From NCBI GenBank assembly GCA_010015585.1, contig ML975177.1: 64,000 nt of DNA, one strand, 5' to 3'. The stretch comes from Eremomyces bilateralis CBS 781.70 (Eukaryota). The notes below the pieces were generated by a model that saw nothing but the letters and a program-made list of their open reading frames with translations, was not told the DNA's origin and made no database searches. Below, piece by piece: positions 22,992 to 35,906 of this stretch. The position numbers were made by a program, and so were the translations under genes. The first letter of the stretch is position 1. Each line of letters opens with the position of its first letter.

Positions 22992-23204
22992 ATGTGCTAC
23001 CAAGTGGTCGAACGCTTCGCCGCCTGTTACTGCCTGTATCACAAGCACAGTATCGATCCGTGTTCCGCCTACGGGCAAAGAGGACACTTGGTTCAAGAAA
23101 AGACCGTCCTCGTCGGTCATGCTTGCCCGGCTCACTCGTCCTATGCTAGAACGAAACTTGTATCAGGTCTCGGAGTCCTTCCAGACCCTGACTATCAAGG
23201 CTGA
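22992..23204 (+). CDS. Small (70 aa) Cys/His-rich protein of an uncharacterised ascomycete 'MCYQ...' type
   Basis: MCYQVVERFAACYCLYHKHSIDPCSAYGQRGHLVQEKTVLVGHACPAHS..., with an upstream TATA box and CT-rich leader. Confidence 0.7.
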   Translation: MCYQVVERFAACYCLYHKHSIDPCSAYGQRGHLVQEKTVLVGHACPAHSSYARTKLVSGLGVLPDPDYQG

Positions 23205-24169
23205 AGGTGATTGGCCCCAGGGTTTTAATTCCTTACTATATACGTGTGTTTAACTTTACAACAGTTCGTTGCAATAATGTCAGTGCCAGCTAAAAGCACA
23301 GCAAGGGAAAGACACCCCTGGCTGCGAGATCGGCCTAATTCAACTACACGGCGAGCCCCGCATCCTCTTTGATTAGACTGTCGAGCCTTCAAGTTATCGT
23401 TGAAAGGCAGCAAATCGATCACGGCACCGAGTGTCCTATCACTCCATTTTGCCATTTCAATTGGCTATCATCTCGATACCCCCGCATCGATTGCGTCGAC
23501 CAGTCCCCTGTTGGATTTGCTCGACCAGTCTCTCCAGATTCCAGAGCCCACTTCTCCATCATCACACCTTCAAACCCCGGCCAGAGGTTACGCCGCGCTT
23601 ACTCAGTCCTTGAGAAGCTCCACATCGCGGATTCCGAGTACGAGCCGTCTTTTGCGGCATGCATCCAGCGTAATCCCTTTTTTAAAGTGGAACACGGCCT
23701 GGTGCAGCAAATCACATCCTCTCTTGTCTAGATGGCATTCAAATAATGCATCCCATGTCGATGCACTCCGATACTTTCTTCCCTTCCTCTTGGGACGACC
23801 TGAATCCATGGTTCTGGGGCGACCCCGGACTATAACTCTCCTACATGGGGTTTAGCGTGGAGGTGGCGACTTTCAGAACCCGCATGAAGTCCAAGTCACA
23901 TGAATTTGCGCATCCGATATTCAGCAAGGGAATACCACATCGACAGGTGCATTGCTATACCTGATCAAGGTCAACTGGTCAAGATATCTTCCTCGATCGT
24001 TGGGGTCAAGAAAGGCATGCTGCATTTGTTCGAGCACAGGTACTCTCAGTTGCCTTAGACCCTCCACAGGTGTGCTGCGAGACGCGAAATCATACGGCTA
24101 CGTGCACCTGCCAATCAATTCGGCACGCGTTTTGATCCCATCGATGGCACCGTCAAAATCGTCGAGAAT

Positions 24170-26215
24170 TTAGCTATACAGTCGATCCGAATCTTTCGGT
24201 GTGCCCCAGTACACACCATAATCTTCCGCAAGTGGAAACAAAATTCCACGCAACTCTCGGCAAAGTTCTTTGACGAGGTCGAGACAATCGACACCGTGGG
24301 GAAACTCGTCCAGAATATATTTTTCGAAGTACCGGAGGGAAATCTGCTGCTCTTTCCGACAGGAAATTAGGCATACGTACCGGTATACCAGTAGGCTAAC
24401 GGACTGCCTATTCGGAGCCCTTTCTTCCGATTCCAACAGACGCATTGCCAAACAAGAACATAAAGAAACGACTCCAAATCATAACGATAAGAATGACGGA
24501 CGTGTTCCTTACTAGTTCTCAACACCCCGACCACCATGAACTTCAAGGTATCGGTGCGACTGCGAGCGCCGGTGGATTCGCAATCGCCTTCTATGGCAAG
24601 ATCCAGATCGATCAGCATCCCCTTGGATTTGGACATCCCCGAGTCGGGTTCGATGATGCTGTTCTCCGAAATATCTCAATGAATAATATTTTCGCTGTGA
24701 TACAGGGAATGGTCTGCTTCGATAGGGTCGCGAAGCGCTTCTACCAACTCCAAAGGAGTGCTCCGGTCGTATTTATAGATCGGCTTGCCAGCATGCGAGA
24801 TGACGGATCAGCGGAAAACGCGGTTATGGAATAATTCGGTGCTGGGACTAGGAAAACTTAATGGCTGGGCGTCGGACGCGTTAGACGCGACTTGGTCTCG
24901 TAGACAGCTCAGTTCCATAGTGTAAATTATTGTTAGACCTAAATCGCTTTGAATTCGAACGGGTAGCAACCGAAGCCACCCGTTTCCTCAACAATCCTTG
25001 TCGAGAAGTCGATGGGGTTCTGATCACGAACTTGAAATACGTACGGTTTCCCAAACGCCAGTCCTTGGTACATGTCCTCCGTGCTCGTGATGAGCCGAGA
25101 GCCGATCAACAGGGCGACACCCTCAACTCCTCTATTCTGAGCCCTTTTGAGAAGCTGGGCTTCGGAGTAGATTTGTTCGAGCGTCCAGAAAAACCCCGCA
25201 ACCCTGTTCCACACAGGGCTGGTCAGTCGCGGGCTGAGTAGGACATTCGTGAGCAGGTCATCCGCGGGCAGGTCATTCGTGGGCAGGTCTTTTCAGAGGT
25301 GGTCGTTCGCGGGATGGACTTTCGGGGGGACTCTCGCACGGTAGCAAGAGGTTCCGCGACACAACTTCCGATCGGTAGGTAAGCGGTGTGAGTTCCAGTT
25401 CCAGCCTCCTCCTCTTGATGGACTCTTCATCCCGACCTTCCGGGTCGATTTCTATAATTAGACGGCCTTAATCTCGCTCGGCAAACGTGTCCAGACCCAG
25501 CTCCTCCTCAAATTATCCATCATGGTGTAGCCGGGAATCGCCCGCACATATTTCTCCAGATAGTCATAGATATCGCTCGGGTTCGCTGTAGTATAGCATT
25601 GGCGATCCTCCCCTGAAAAGCACCTCGTCTGAAACCGAAATAACCAACCTTTAAGTTCTCCCTCGGTCGGGTTGTCGTGAATACGGAATACCGGTCCATC
25701 TGATGCCCTTACCCCATTCGTCCTCGACCAAGTTAAAGCACCGCGTAGCACGGGGTGTCCAAATTTTGCCCTCGAATTACTTCTCAACGAACACTGGTAC
25801 CGGCTTATGTGTACAGTCTCTAAGCTCGTCGATGGTCTGTCTGCTCACTACCTTGTTATGAATTGGAGGACTTGACCGGTCTGTCGCCGAATTCAAGGGC
25901 ACTGGTTTCAGGAGTGGCTCCTCAGCGGGAAGCAATGAGATCGAAGACCGCGTTCCAAATCTCTTAGTCGGGCGATTCCAAAACGATGTGGTTCGCGAGT
26001 GTGAGGGCCTTCTTGTAGTCGATCATGAAGCCAGAGTCATAGACTTGCAAAATAAGCAGCTTTATTTCTTCCGTAATGTTGCAACCGCTGGACTTCGAAT
26101 GGAGATTAAGAGCGACGAGTTTTCTTGACAGGGTACCTAAACAAAGTAAAACTCCTGCTTTCAATCGGCATTTTGTTACGGCAGCGTCCAGAATCGATCG
26201 AAGCTCCTGTAGCAT
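24170..26215 (-). pseudogene. Fungal-type protein kinase (FunK1/Sgk2) pseudogene
   Basis: Motifs H*DIS (stop replaces the Arg of HRDIS at 24676-24678), GMLIDLDLA, RTDTLKFM, HSYRYDLESFLYVLVWQC and SEAQLLKRAQNRGVEGVA are spread over several frames. Boundaries are approximate. Confidence 0.85.
25241..25330. repeat. 15-bp degenerate tandem repeat (~6 copies, ggtcattcgtgggca-like) inside the FunK1 remnant
   Basis: ggacattcgtgagca/ggtcatccgcgggca/ggtcattcgtgggca/ggtcttttcagaggt/ggtcgttcgcgggat/ggactttcgggggga. Confidence 0.75.
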
Positions 26216-26790
26216 ATCAGCCCTAATAGCAGGGCTTCGATGTGTTTCCGGTTATCTGAAGAGAGAGAAGAAACCAAGCGCAGGCGTTGAACCAAAAAAC
26301 AGGATAAGGCTATCGGAGTTCATACAGGATAGGGTGAAGGGTGGTAACGGCCGCCTTGGGCAGGTTGCCCGGACAACAGTACCAAATCAGGTCAGGTAAC
26401 ATAGCTTGTCACTAACTAATTAGAGATAAATGGTATTAGACCTCATTCCCCACTATTATCCGGGCAAATCGAGCGAAGAGTTAATGCCCAGGAAAACAAA
26501 CCATCAGGTTATCTCCGAATGACGTATTCAAACTTATTTGTTCCAATGGATCTGGTGTAGAAACGGCATAGGGTAGAGCGAGCGAATAACTTGCCGAGGC
26601 AATGACGGGCCTGAACCGTGAAATGGGCGAGAACACATGTCAGACTGCTCTTGCAAACATTATTTTGCAAACCCTCTATTTAACAGTGCGGGCCATCTGG
26701 GGCGCAGATGAATTGCAAAAGCCATCCAGTAATGAATGCAAGGACTACAGGCCTTTTAACCCCCAAGATTCACCATAGATTGGAAGCATA

Positions 26791-28760
26791 ATGGCACAAG
26801 ACGCCGCGGGTAGAATTTCAAAACAAAGTCCTCATCCGTGAATACGCCCCAGCAAGCTCAATTGGGGCGCGAAGACTAAAAGGGAACCAGGTATCTGGCG
26901 GGAAACTTTGCTCCCGTATACACCACACATCCATTGACACCATGTACTTACACGGGAGAGATACCAGCATCTCTTGCTGGCGGACAATACATCCGGAATG
27001 GATCGAATCCCCTGCTCAATGATGAGCAGGATCGTATGTACCATTGGTTCGATGGCGATGGGATGCTCGCGGGAGTCTTATTCCGCAAAGTCGAAGGCGG
27101 AATACAACCGCAGTTCGTCAACAGCTGGGTTGAGACTGACATCTTGAAAGCGAACCGGAAACTTGGCGCTTCTGGTTCCAAAATGTTGGGGTGGCCTTGG
27201 AGAATTACGAGGCCGATACCTCCAAGTATTTCCACACTTGTTGATCCCACTGCAGGGCCGTCAGCTGTTGGCAAGGAGATTCTGAGAACGGTATTGATTC
27301 GGTTCGTCTCCCATCTCCCCTGGTCAAAGGCCAAGATACGAAGGATCAGCGTCGCCAATACCGCCATGCTATATCACGATGGACGAGCTTTGGCGACTTG
27401 CGAAGCTGGACCGCCAATAAGGGTTGGTCTTCCCGGACTTGAGACAATCGGGTGGTTCAATGGTGCCTTCGCGGAAGGAGAAGAGAGTAGGAAACATGAC
27501 AATGGTTTGCCACAATTCGCTGGCAGCTTGCAGATAACGACGGCGCATCCGAAAGTGGATGAAGAAACCGGGGAGATGATCCTCTTCCACAACATTTCCA
27601 ACGCCCCATACGTTCGGTACTCTGTCTTGCCGTCATTAGAGACACTGACAGCAAATCCTCGACGCATCACCGAAGCTCCCGTTCTCGGGATGTCCACCTC
27701 CAGATTGATGCACGACTTCGGTGTGTCCAAGAGGCATACTGTGATTCTCAACATCCCTTTGTCGGTAACGCCTTCAAACCTTGCGCGAGGCAAACCGATG
27801 GTTCAGTACAACCCGAGAGAACCCTCTCGTTTCGGTGTGCTTCCGAGGCACGATCCAGACAAAATCGTTTGGTTTGAAGATGACCCTTGCATCATAACAC
27901 ATACAGCCAGCACATGGGACGAATATGATGCGGATGGGAACTCGACTGCAGTCTGCATGCTATTATGTCGATTGATCGCCCCAGACATTATCTACCAAGC
28001 AGGGAATCTTGAGCCACCTCCAATCCTGTCGACCCATGAACATTGGCGGCCTCCGGGCACTGGACACGGCGACGGAAGTGAGACATCCGACGGGTCATCT
28101 TCAAGAACGGAAGAGAGTCATATTTGTCGCCTTCATTACTATAGATTCCCGCTGAACTCAGGCAACTCACCACGCCGGCCATCGCATTCATTCCCCCTCT
28201 CGGCGGTTGATATGGAATTTCCCACTGTTGCCCCAGGTAAAAGCATGCAGAATGCTCGCTTCGTCTATGGCTGCAGTTCCAGGTCGACGCAGGTGAACTC
28301 GGCGGATGGATCACTCGTGAAGATCGACATCATTACGAAGATGCACGCTGGGGAGCTTGTTCGACGAGGTCGAGAATCATCACCAAGAACTCGTCGCCCT
28401 GTGGACACTCGTTTAGTAGGCGACGTCTCTTTGACTGACGGCAATGACAATTCCCATGTACAGCTTTTCGCCCTTCCGCCGGGGATTTACGCAGGAGAAC
28501 CCCGCTTTGTACCCGATGGCGGCGCCAATGAGGACAGGGGCCACCTGCTATTCTTCACATTTGATGAGGAACAGCTACTTCCAACAGGAGATGCTCCGAG
28601 AGGTGCAGCCAGTGAGTTGTGGATCCTCGACGCAACAGAAATGAAGGACGTTGTCGCAAAGATTCAGCTAGTACAGCGAGTTCCGTATGGTTTGCATGGT
28701 GAATGGTTCACTGAGGAGCAAATCCGTGGGCAGCGGAGCCGGGCATCAAAGCACATCTAG
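26791..28760 (+). CDS. Carotenoid cleavage oxygenase (RPE65 family, CarX-like)
   Basis: Intron 26838-26890 gives HPYLAGNFAPV. Further motifs are YIRNGSNP, HWFDGDGML and GEPRFVP. All four Fe-binding His are present (TAHPK, MHDFG, ITHTA, GLHGEW). Confidence 0.93.
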
Positions 28761-29927
28761 GGTGGACGAAACTGATAACACTGCGCTCTCAACGCCCTCC
28801 TGGCTTCTCTAGCCTATGAAAAGGGAGGGGGTATAGAGACTTCCCTTGCAAAATAGGACATTAAACTGCACGGGTTGATTTCTAGGACTAGTATAGTCGG
28901 GTCAAATACGGTAACAATTGACATAAGTCAACCCCCTGGGTTTTCAGTGCACCAATCGTTATAAAAATCGGCACAGTTGAGTGCCCCTATTGCCGTGGTA
29001 TAGGACTATTCGAGTCTGCCTTGACATCATCAACTCTAGCCTAGTAGCTTGATCAAAGGTATACAACTCGGGGTCTTGTTGCGGGGCGGTCTTGCTTTGT
29101 ATAGGCTCATCGGATTATGTAGATTCGGAAATGTGCGCAGATTGAAGCATTCGAGCAATTACCATCGCTGATGCACCCTCCAAAACGGGGAAACACAATT
29201 TTTGGCAGAAACACTTTGTTTTTATGTTAGAGCACACAACTCAGGTCAAGACCATAAACAAATGGTTGGGAAAAAAAAATCGAGAAAAAAAAACAAAAGG
29301 TTAGGGAGTCGATCCCAAGAGTTCCAAAGATTGCGAAGCGGAGCATTGTGCGCTCAACCTACGGCTATCCCTGGTAAAAGGCAAGGAATAGGTTCTTTAG
29401 GGAGTCGCGCTCCAACTTGAAAATCGACCGGAATTAAATATGTAGTGTCAAAATTAGAGAATGCAAGGATGTGCTGAATAGTCATGTGATGGAGACCAAG
29501 GAAACCCTGGAATGTAATAATGTTGTCTTTCACTGTAATTACTATTGGTAGTAATACCGTAACAATTAGTGGAGGCCAGCTGAGATGCAGTGAGTTCGCC
29601 TTCTAGATTATAATAAGTTGATTGGCCTATTCTCTACAAATCGGCTTTAGCACTACGCTATCGAATTTAGTACATGGTAGTTAAACGAATGAACGTACAT
29701 AGTACACTTATTATTAATAACACGTGAACAACCAGCCAAGCCGTAGCAGCATTGGGGCCTTGGCTCTTGGCTCTGGGGTCTGGGCAAGCTTGATATTCGG
29801 TCATCCCTGACTTCAATTCAGTTCACTTCCCTTTTCTTGTAAGTTGTAATTAACAAATCCTTGTCTGCAACCTTCGCTGTTCCTGTTGTGTTTCAATGAG
29901 CAGTGCAGACATGAGGGCATCTGGACC

Positions 29928-31062
29928 ATGTCGCGACAAATCACGAAGGTCGTGATCACGCTCATTTCAACCGTTTCGTTGCTCTTCCTTGTCACCACTC
30001 TTTACCTCTTCAACTCCAAGCCGTTGAGCGCTTTCGGTTTCCCTTTCTCAAGGGGCAAACCCTCCCATCCAAAGTCAAATATCCGCATCTACGAGCCGAG
30101 TACGGCACATGTCCTTGGACAGAGCGTGGCATATGCTACCTTCCTCTCGACACGCGTTTCCAATGACAGCGAACCAGACGCATATTTTACTGCCACCCGC
30201 GTCCTCGCGTACCAACTCCTCCACCAGCCGCAGACCAAATCGACCCGCAACATCCCTCTTCTCGTCCTCGTTCCTCCACACGTATCGGACCATAAGCGGT
30301 CAGTTCTAGCATCTGAAGGCGCCACGATCGTCCCGATCTCAAATCTGAAGCCGGAGAAGGACTGGGTTGGCCCAACCGAACCGAGATGGGTCGACCAGTT
30401 TTCCAAGCTGCAACTTTGGGAGCTGGACAAGTATGATCGCATTCTTTACCTCGACAACGATATGCTCTTGACCCAGTCCCTCGATCCAATCTTCACGCTC
30501 CCTGTTGCTAGTACAGTTTTGAATACACTCAAGAAAGCGGAGGTCAAGGCAGATGAAGCACTGTTACCTTCCAAATACCTTATGGTTGGGGTGTCTGATA
30601 CCGGCGGTGCAGAACATCCCTTCCCACCAGAGGACCGCCCAGGCTCTTCGATCAATGGCGGATTTTTCCTTCTGCGACCCGACAGGAAGTTGTTCAACTA
30701 CTACCTATCTGTGATGGAAATTGAGGGCAGATTCGATAGCGGATTCATGGAGCAAGGTCTCCTGAACTACGCCCATCGACATGATGGCAACATGCCAGCG
30801 AAGAAGTTCCCACCAGGGGAATGGAATGTGAATTGGCCCAGTCTCCGGGACTTGGAAGGGGGCGCAGCATCTTTGCACGACAAGTTCTGGTATGTAGATC
30901 TAACTCCATGGCACGATTCCCACGACCTAACAAGCTTTTAGGGAGGAAGGAAATAAAAAATGGATTGACAGGACGTTAGTGGAGATGTGGTGGCGTGTCC
31001 AAGGCCAGATGGAAGGTTTTTGGCAGAAAGAAAGGGCTCCTCGAAGAGGCCGAGCTGAATAG
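29928..31062 (+). CDS. Glycosyltransferase family 8, type II membrane protein
   Basis: N-terminal TM anchor, AYATFL, FSKLQLW, YLDND (DxD), NGGFFLLRP, EQGLLN and HDKFW. Intron 30890-30941; the last exon ends at TAG 31062. Confidence 0.9.
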
Positions 31063-32306
31063 ATACAAAGTTGTATCTCCCTTTTTTAGCGTGTATAGAT
31101 GTTCTGGCGTTGGGGTCCTTCAACCATGTCTCTACGATGTCGAGCATAATGGGATTTGTTATGGGGGGTCGTTGGGTCGGGTGTGGTCGTACATGTTAAC
31201 TTTACGGCGATCTGGACGTAGGGGCGAATATTTGACGCCCTATCCCCCTGCTGGCTATCCGTAATTCCGCATACCATAGAGTAAATGCTCGACTAGGAGT
31301 TATCTGCTGGGAGGCAGACGCCTCCGATTAAACTTGGCCTCCGTACCAAACATACACACCGATATAACAATGAAGTCGAGAAGATAAGACTTATTCCCAT
31401 ATCAAGCAAGATCATTGGTCATTGTAGGCACTACGAACTCGGTTCCGCAGGAATTCCCTAGTCCAACAAAGGAGAAAGGCCAGGAAATGTTTCTTTGACT
31501 GTGGAGTCCCTAAAGGCTTCAATTTCATTCGGTGTCGTGCTCTGTCTATCGGACTCCGAAGGGCAGTGTGCAAATATCAAAATTCCAAAATTCGGCCCAA
31601 TATACCCAATCGGTCGTCGGTCGGCTCATGAACTCGGGTGAAAGGGAGACAAAGGCACACAGAACCCAAATTTCGCAAATGAATAGCAGAAATCCCGATT
31701 TTTCAGCTCATATCGTTCACCTAAAGAGAGGTGCAAACTGCAAGGTCCATCTAACAAGCCCAGAACGTGGTGTGAAGGCGTCTGAATGTTTCCACCGGAC
31801 CTTGAGGCGAGCGAGCGTGCACTGCTGTTTTGCTTGATTGGCTGTGTAGTATGTATGTACGTGGCGCTCTCTGCGGGTCTGCCTGATGCCTGACAACGGG
31901 GCTATTTGTTGTTGGGACGACGGCTGGACTGCTGCGCCACGGATACATTGGGACGTGGAACTGATCGCTAGTCACCAGACGCAATTGGGGACGTTATTCG
32001 GCGTTGTCGTCGACGTCTTCCATCGATATGGAGTTCTAGAAGGACGATTTCGGCGAAATTAGGCATGGTTAATATTAATGCAACTTGGTTGACGGTAGAC
32101 GTCTGTCGTGAAGCATATTAAGCCATGTCGGGGAATGGAATGGTCAATCGATCGATTGGCCTTGGAGTTTAGAATACAAAAGGTTTAGAAAGAGTCAATG
32201 AGAGAATAAAATTTGATGCGGTTACGAGAATCAAACTTTTGGCTAACCTGTCATGACTGCTGCGAGTGCTGTCATTGAAAACTACACTATACATACAAGT
32301 TGATTC

Positions 32307-34107
32307 CTAAGATCTTACAGCCTTCTTTACCTCCATGATCGGTCCGCTCTTCCAGCTCGCGAACCCGTCCACAAGCATGTACTCACCTGGAGCCTCCGGT
32401 TTTCGTCCTTCCAGCCATCCGCCAGGAGCCTTCTGCGTAGCGGATAGCTTGAAATCGAACTCAAAGATGAGTCGACCCATAATAAGCATCATCTCGACAT
32501 ACGCCAAACCTTTTCCAATACAGCCGCGGGGACCATGGCTAAAGGGGCTAAATGCGGATTGAGCGAGCTGGACCGATTCAGTGGTGGCCTGGAACCCCTC
32601 TGCGCCTTCAATCCAGCGCTCGGGAATGTATTCAAACGGGCGGGGGAAATACGCGCTGTTATGGTGAATTGCGTAATGTGGAACGTAAACATCGATGCCA
32701 GCAGGGACATGATAAGAATCGATCTCAATACCTCCTTGCAGGACTTCTCGAGGCATGAAACCCGGGACAGGAGGTGACAGGCGCATCGCCTCATCGATGC
32801 AAGCACGGAGGTAGGTGCATCCAGTGAGATTCGGACCGGACACGATCTCCTCGACATTCAAGAATGCCCGGCGAACTTCGAGGCATACCTTCTCCATAAC
32901 CCGGGGGTTATGGAGAAGGTAATGGATGGTGGCCGACATCGCGGTGCTCGTGGTATCGGACCCAGCAACGATCAGGAGATTCGCTTCGCCCCAGAGTTCG
33001 TTCTGGCTAAAACCTTGCCCCGTCTCAGGATCTCGGGCCTGGAGCAGGTAGTGAAAGAAATCCTTCCGGTCGATATCCTGTCCGAGAGCAGTCCGTTCGA
33101 GAACCTGTGCTTTGGAATAAGCTATGAATTCCGCTCGACCTTTCGCGATTTTGGGAAAGAGGACACTGTCAAGCTTGGCATGATGGAGTGGCAGAAATGA
33201 CCCACACTAACAGTTATTGATCAGTATTAACTCTGAAACCATAAGCAATATACAAGAGACTTACGATCGTGTGTCTGCGGGCAGTCTTGCTGACCAAGTC
33301 CACAGCAAAACGGTTCTGTGGGCTCTCCAACATGCCAAAGGCCTTTCCAAATGCCAGGTCGCCCATGATGTCAAAAGTTAACCAGTTGCAGAAGTCCGCA
33401 ACGTTGAGTCCATATCCCCAGCCTTTCGACTCCATAGATACCTTCTCCCCACCGTCTGAGCGGGTCGAAGTGGTATCTGTGAGGAGTTGAGAAGCAGTTC
33501 TTATATTTGCAAGGACGAACCGCTCCATAGCTTTAATCGCCTGATCCGAGAACGCGTAGGAAAGGACGCGCCGTTTCCGGGCATGCATCTGCTTATCGAT
33601 GCTGCTGTGGACGCTGATAGCATGCTTGTTTGCGGGAAAAGCACGGTAGAAGTCGGACTTTTGTACGTTCGCTCGGTAGCCATAGATGGATTTCAGGGCC
33701 GTGTTCGAGTTGAAGGAGAGTGCATTGGGGCCTGCACGAACCACAGGGCCTAGATCGGAAAGTCAACATAGGACACACCTGGTTGGGTAGGCAATGCTAC
33801 TCACCATATTTCTGGTGCAGCTTATATATGTGAACATGTCGGTCTCCCCTCCAGGCATAATATGTCATATAGATATTTGTACATGATGCCAAAAAGGGAC
33901 CGGGATACTTGCGTAAAGCATGGAAATATCGAACGTAAACGCAATACACTACGAGCTAAAACGACCTGACGTTAGAATCATGCGATATCGAATGTAATTT
34001 CACACTTCTAGGCTTACGATGCTTGTAATGATGCCAACGAGTAAACGAAGGACTGGACCGATGCAATCGCTGAGGGTGCCAATACTGAAGGTAGAAACGA
34101 TACCCAT
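32307..34107 (-). CDS. Cytochrome P450 monooxygenase (multi-exon)
   Basis: N-terminal TM, YPGP, VRAGPNALSF, I-helix AGSDTTS, EAMR, PERW and heme motif FSHGPRGCIG. Confidence 0.95.
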
Positions 34108-35906
34108 ACTGGGGATTTTGGGAACTAATAACGGTTGACGTGCTTTCAAGGAGATAAAATGTCCGATGGAATAAATCTTCCAGATAAAGACCGAATGGAA
34201 AGACTAGACCGACAAAGAAAGCGAAAGGAGTATCAGAACGAGCAGCAAAAAGAGAGTCCCGCCCTTTATCTACCACAGCCTACCATACCTACCTACTCTG
34301 GGGTAACCCCTCTTTCGAACCGGGGAACTACAGATAATCGGATGTAACATGATAATTCCGGAAGACTTGACTGCAAATCGCTCCGGATCTTCAGTTGGTA
34401 TTAAATGACAAATAGCATAAGTTAGTTATAGGGCGAGTATCGAGGGTTAGTATCGATGGTTGGGAGTTTTTTGGCTGGTCGGTTAGATGCGGCGTTTTAT
34501 GACTAGGGATGTCGACAGCTTGTTAGGCCGGTATTGTACTACTTCGACATAATTGGTGTCCTATATATATATATCTCATTGGCCCCGCTCAGGGTTTCCA
34601 TACGATAATGAACAGCAGGAATTGAATCCTCCAGTGAAATATCCATTTATTCCATGTCACTGCAGATCTTTGGGTTTTTGGAACCCTCCTAGAGCTATGG
34701 CGCAGCAATACGATCGTCCGGTCTCACCTCAGCTGAAACATGAATGACGTAATTACAGGATGCAGGACTTGCTGATACTGGGCGGGGATATTTGATATTC
34801 CTACATACAAGTAGTTAGAGAGTGTTCGCTGGTTTTATATAAGTTCCAGCGTGAAGGCGGTGAGTTTAAACCATTGCAACCAAAGGTCCAGTTGGTAGTG
34901 AAGTCATGCAGCATGTCATAGACGCATTTGTGGGTTAGCACAAGTCCGACCATCAAGGTCCCCGTCTACGGCCAATCGCGCATGGCAAGAGACGATCGAG
35001 CGGATAACGGACACCGGAATCACCAATGAGGATCAACGACATGATGGAATTCAAGACGGGTTTCCAGGGATATCTTCAAACTCAGGAACCTTTTTTTGGA
35101 GAAGATGCCACTGTAAAATGTTATCTCGCATCGCCAGGTCCCTGGACTATCCAAGCACCCTCCTCTTCAAACTACCCATCTCACAAAGCACTCACGCACT
35201 CTACGACTTGATCTTCCCCACTCGAAGCCATCAGGTCTCGACCCTTAAGGAGAACGAACTTCGGCCGTTCCGCTCACTCCCACCCGGCCCGGACCCAGCG
35301 ACCGTTTCTTATACTAATGCAAGACTTGGATATTGCATCAGGTATCATGTGGCATTCGTCGAGCTACACAATCCACTGCCTGGATACTTCGACCAGAAGT
35401 ACTATACAAACTGACAATTTCAATTATCGTCCGCGGAAGTGCGTTAAATTCGCTAGGAGGAATGATCATGGACTCTGGGGCGTGTGCGAGCGCATTGGTT
35501 GGGATGGATGATGTTGCTGTGGTGGCTAGGAGTCTCTTGGTCCCAAATGCCGAACTCCCAGCAGTGTGGAATGGCGACTAGGTCTATAGAATCGCGTGCG
35601 GTGCTGAATGTGTAAGGATGATAAGTGTGATCGTCATACTGCATGGAGTAGAATATTCATCGGAGCTGGCATTGGTATATGGATATTTCGCGTGTATATG
35701 GCGGGAGTCGACCAGGTTCTATGATCCAGTGGCATGGTCCTTATGATTGGACTTAGCGATATTTGGCCCCTCTACAGCAATATGGTATGGTGGAAATGCC
35801 TTATCATCAGCCACCTCCTCCCTCCCCAGGCACTGGTCTAAACGTATTGAGACTTGAGGGTACTTAGACAATGAGTTCGATGTCAGCGCCTATGTTACTT
35901 ATTTGT

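Noticed and set aside
35026..35581. Possible gene fragments between the P450 and GLY1
   Set aside because: Short frameshifted pieces with no recognisable family; possibly a relic, but unsupported.
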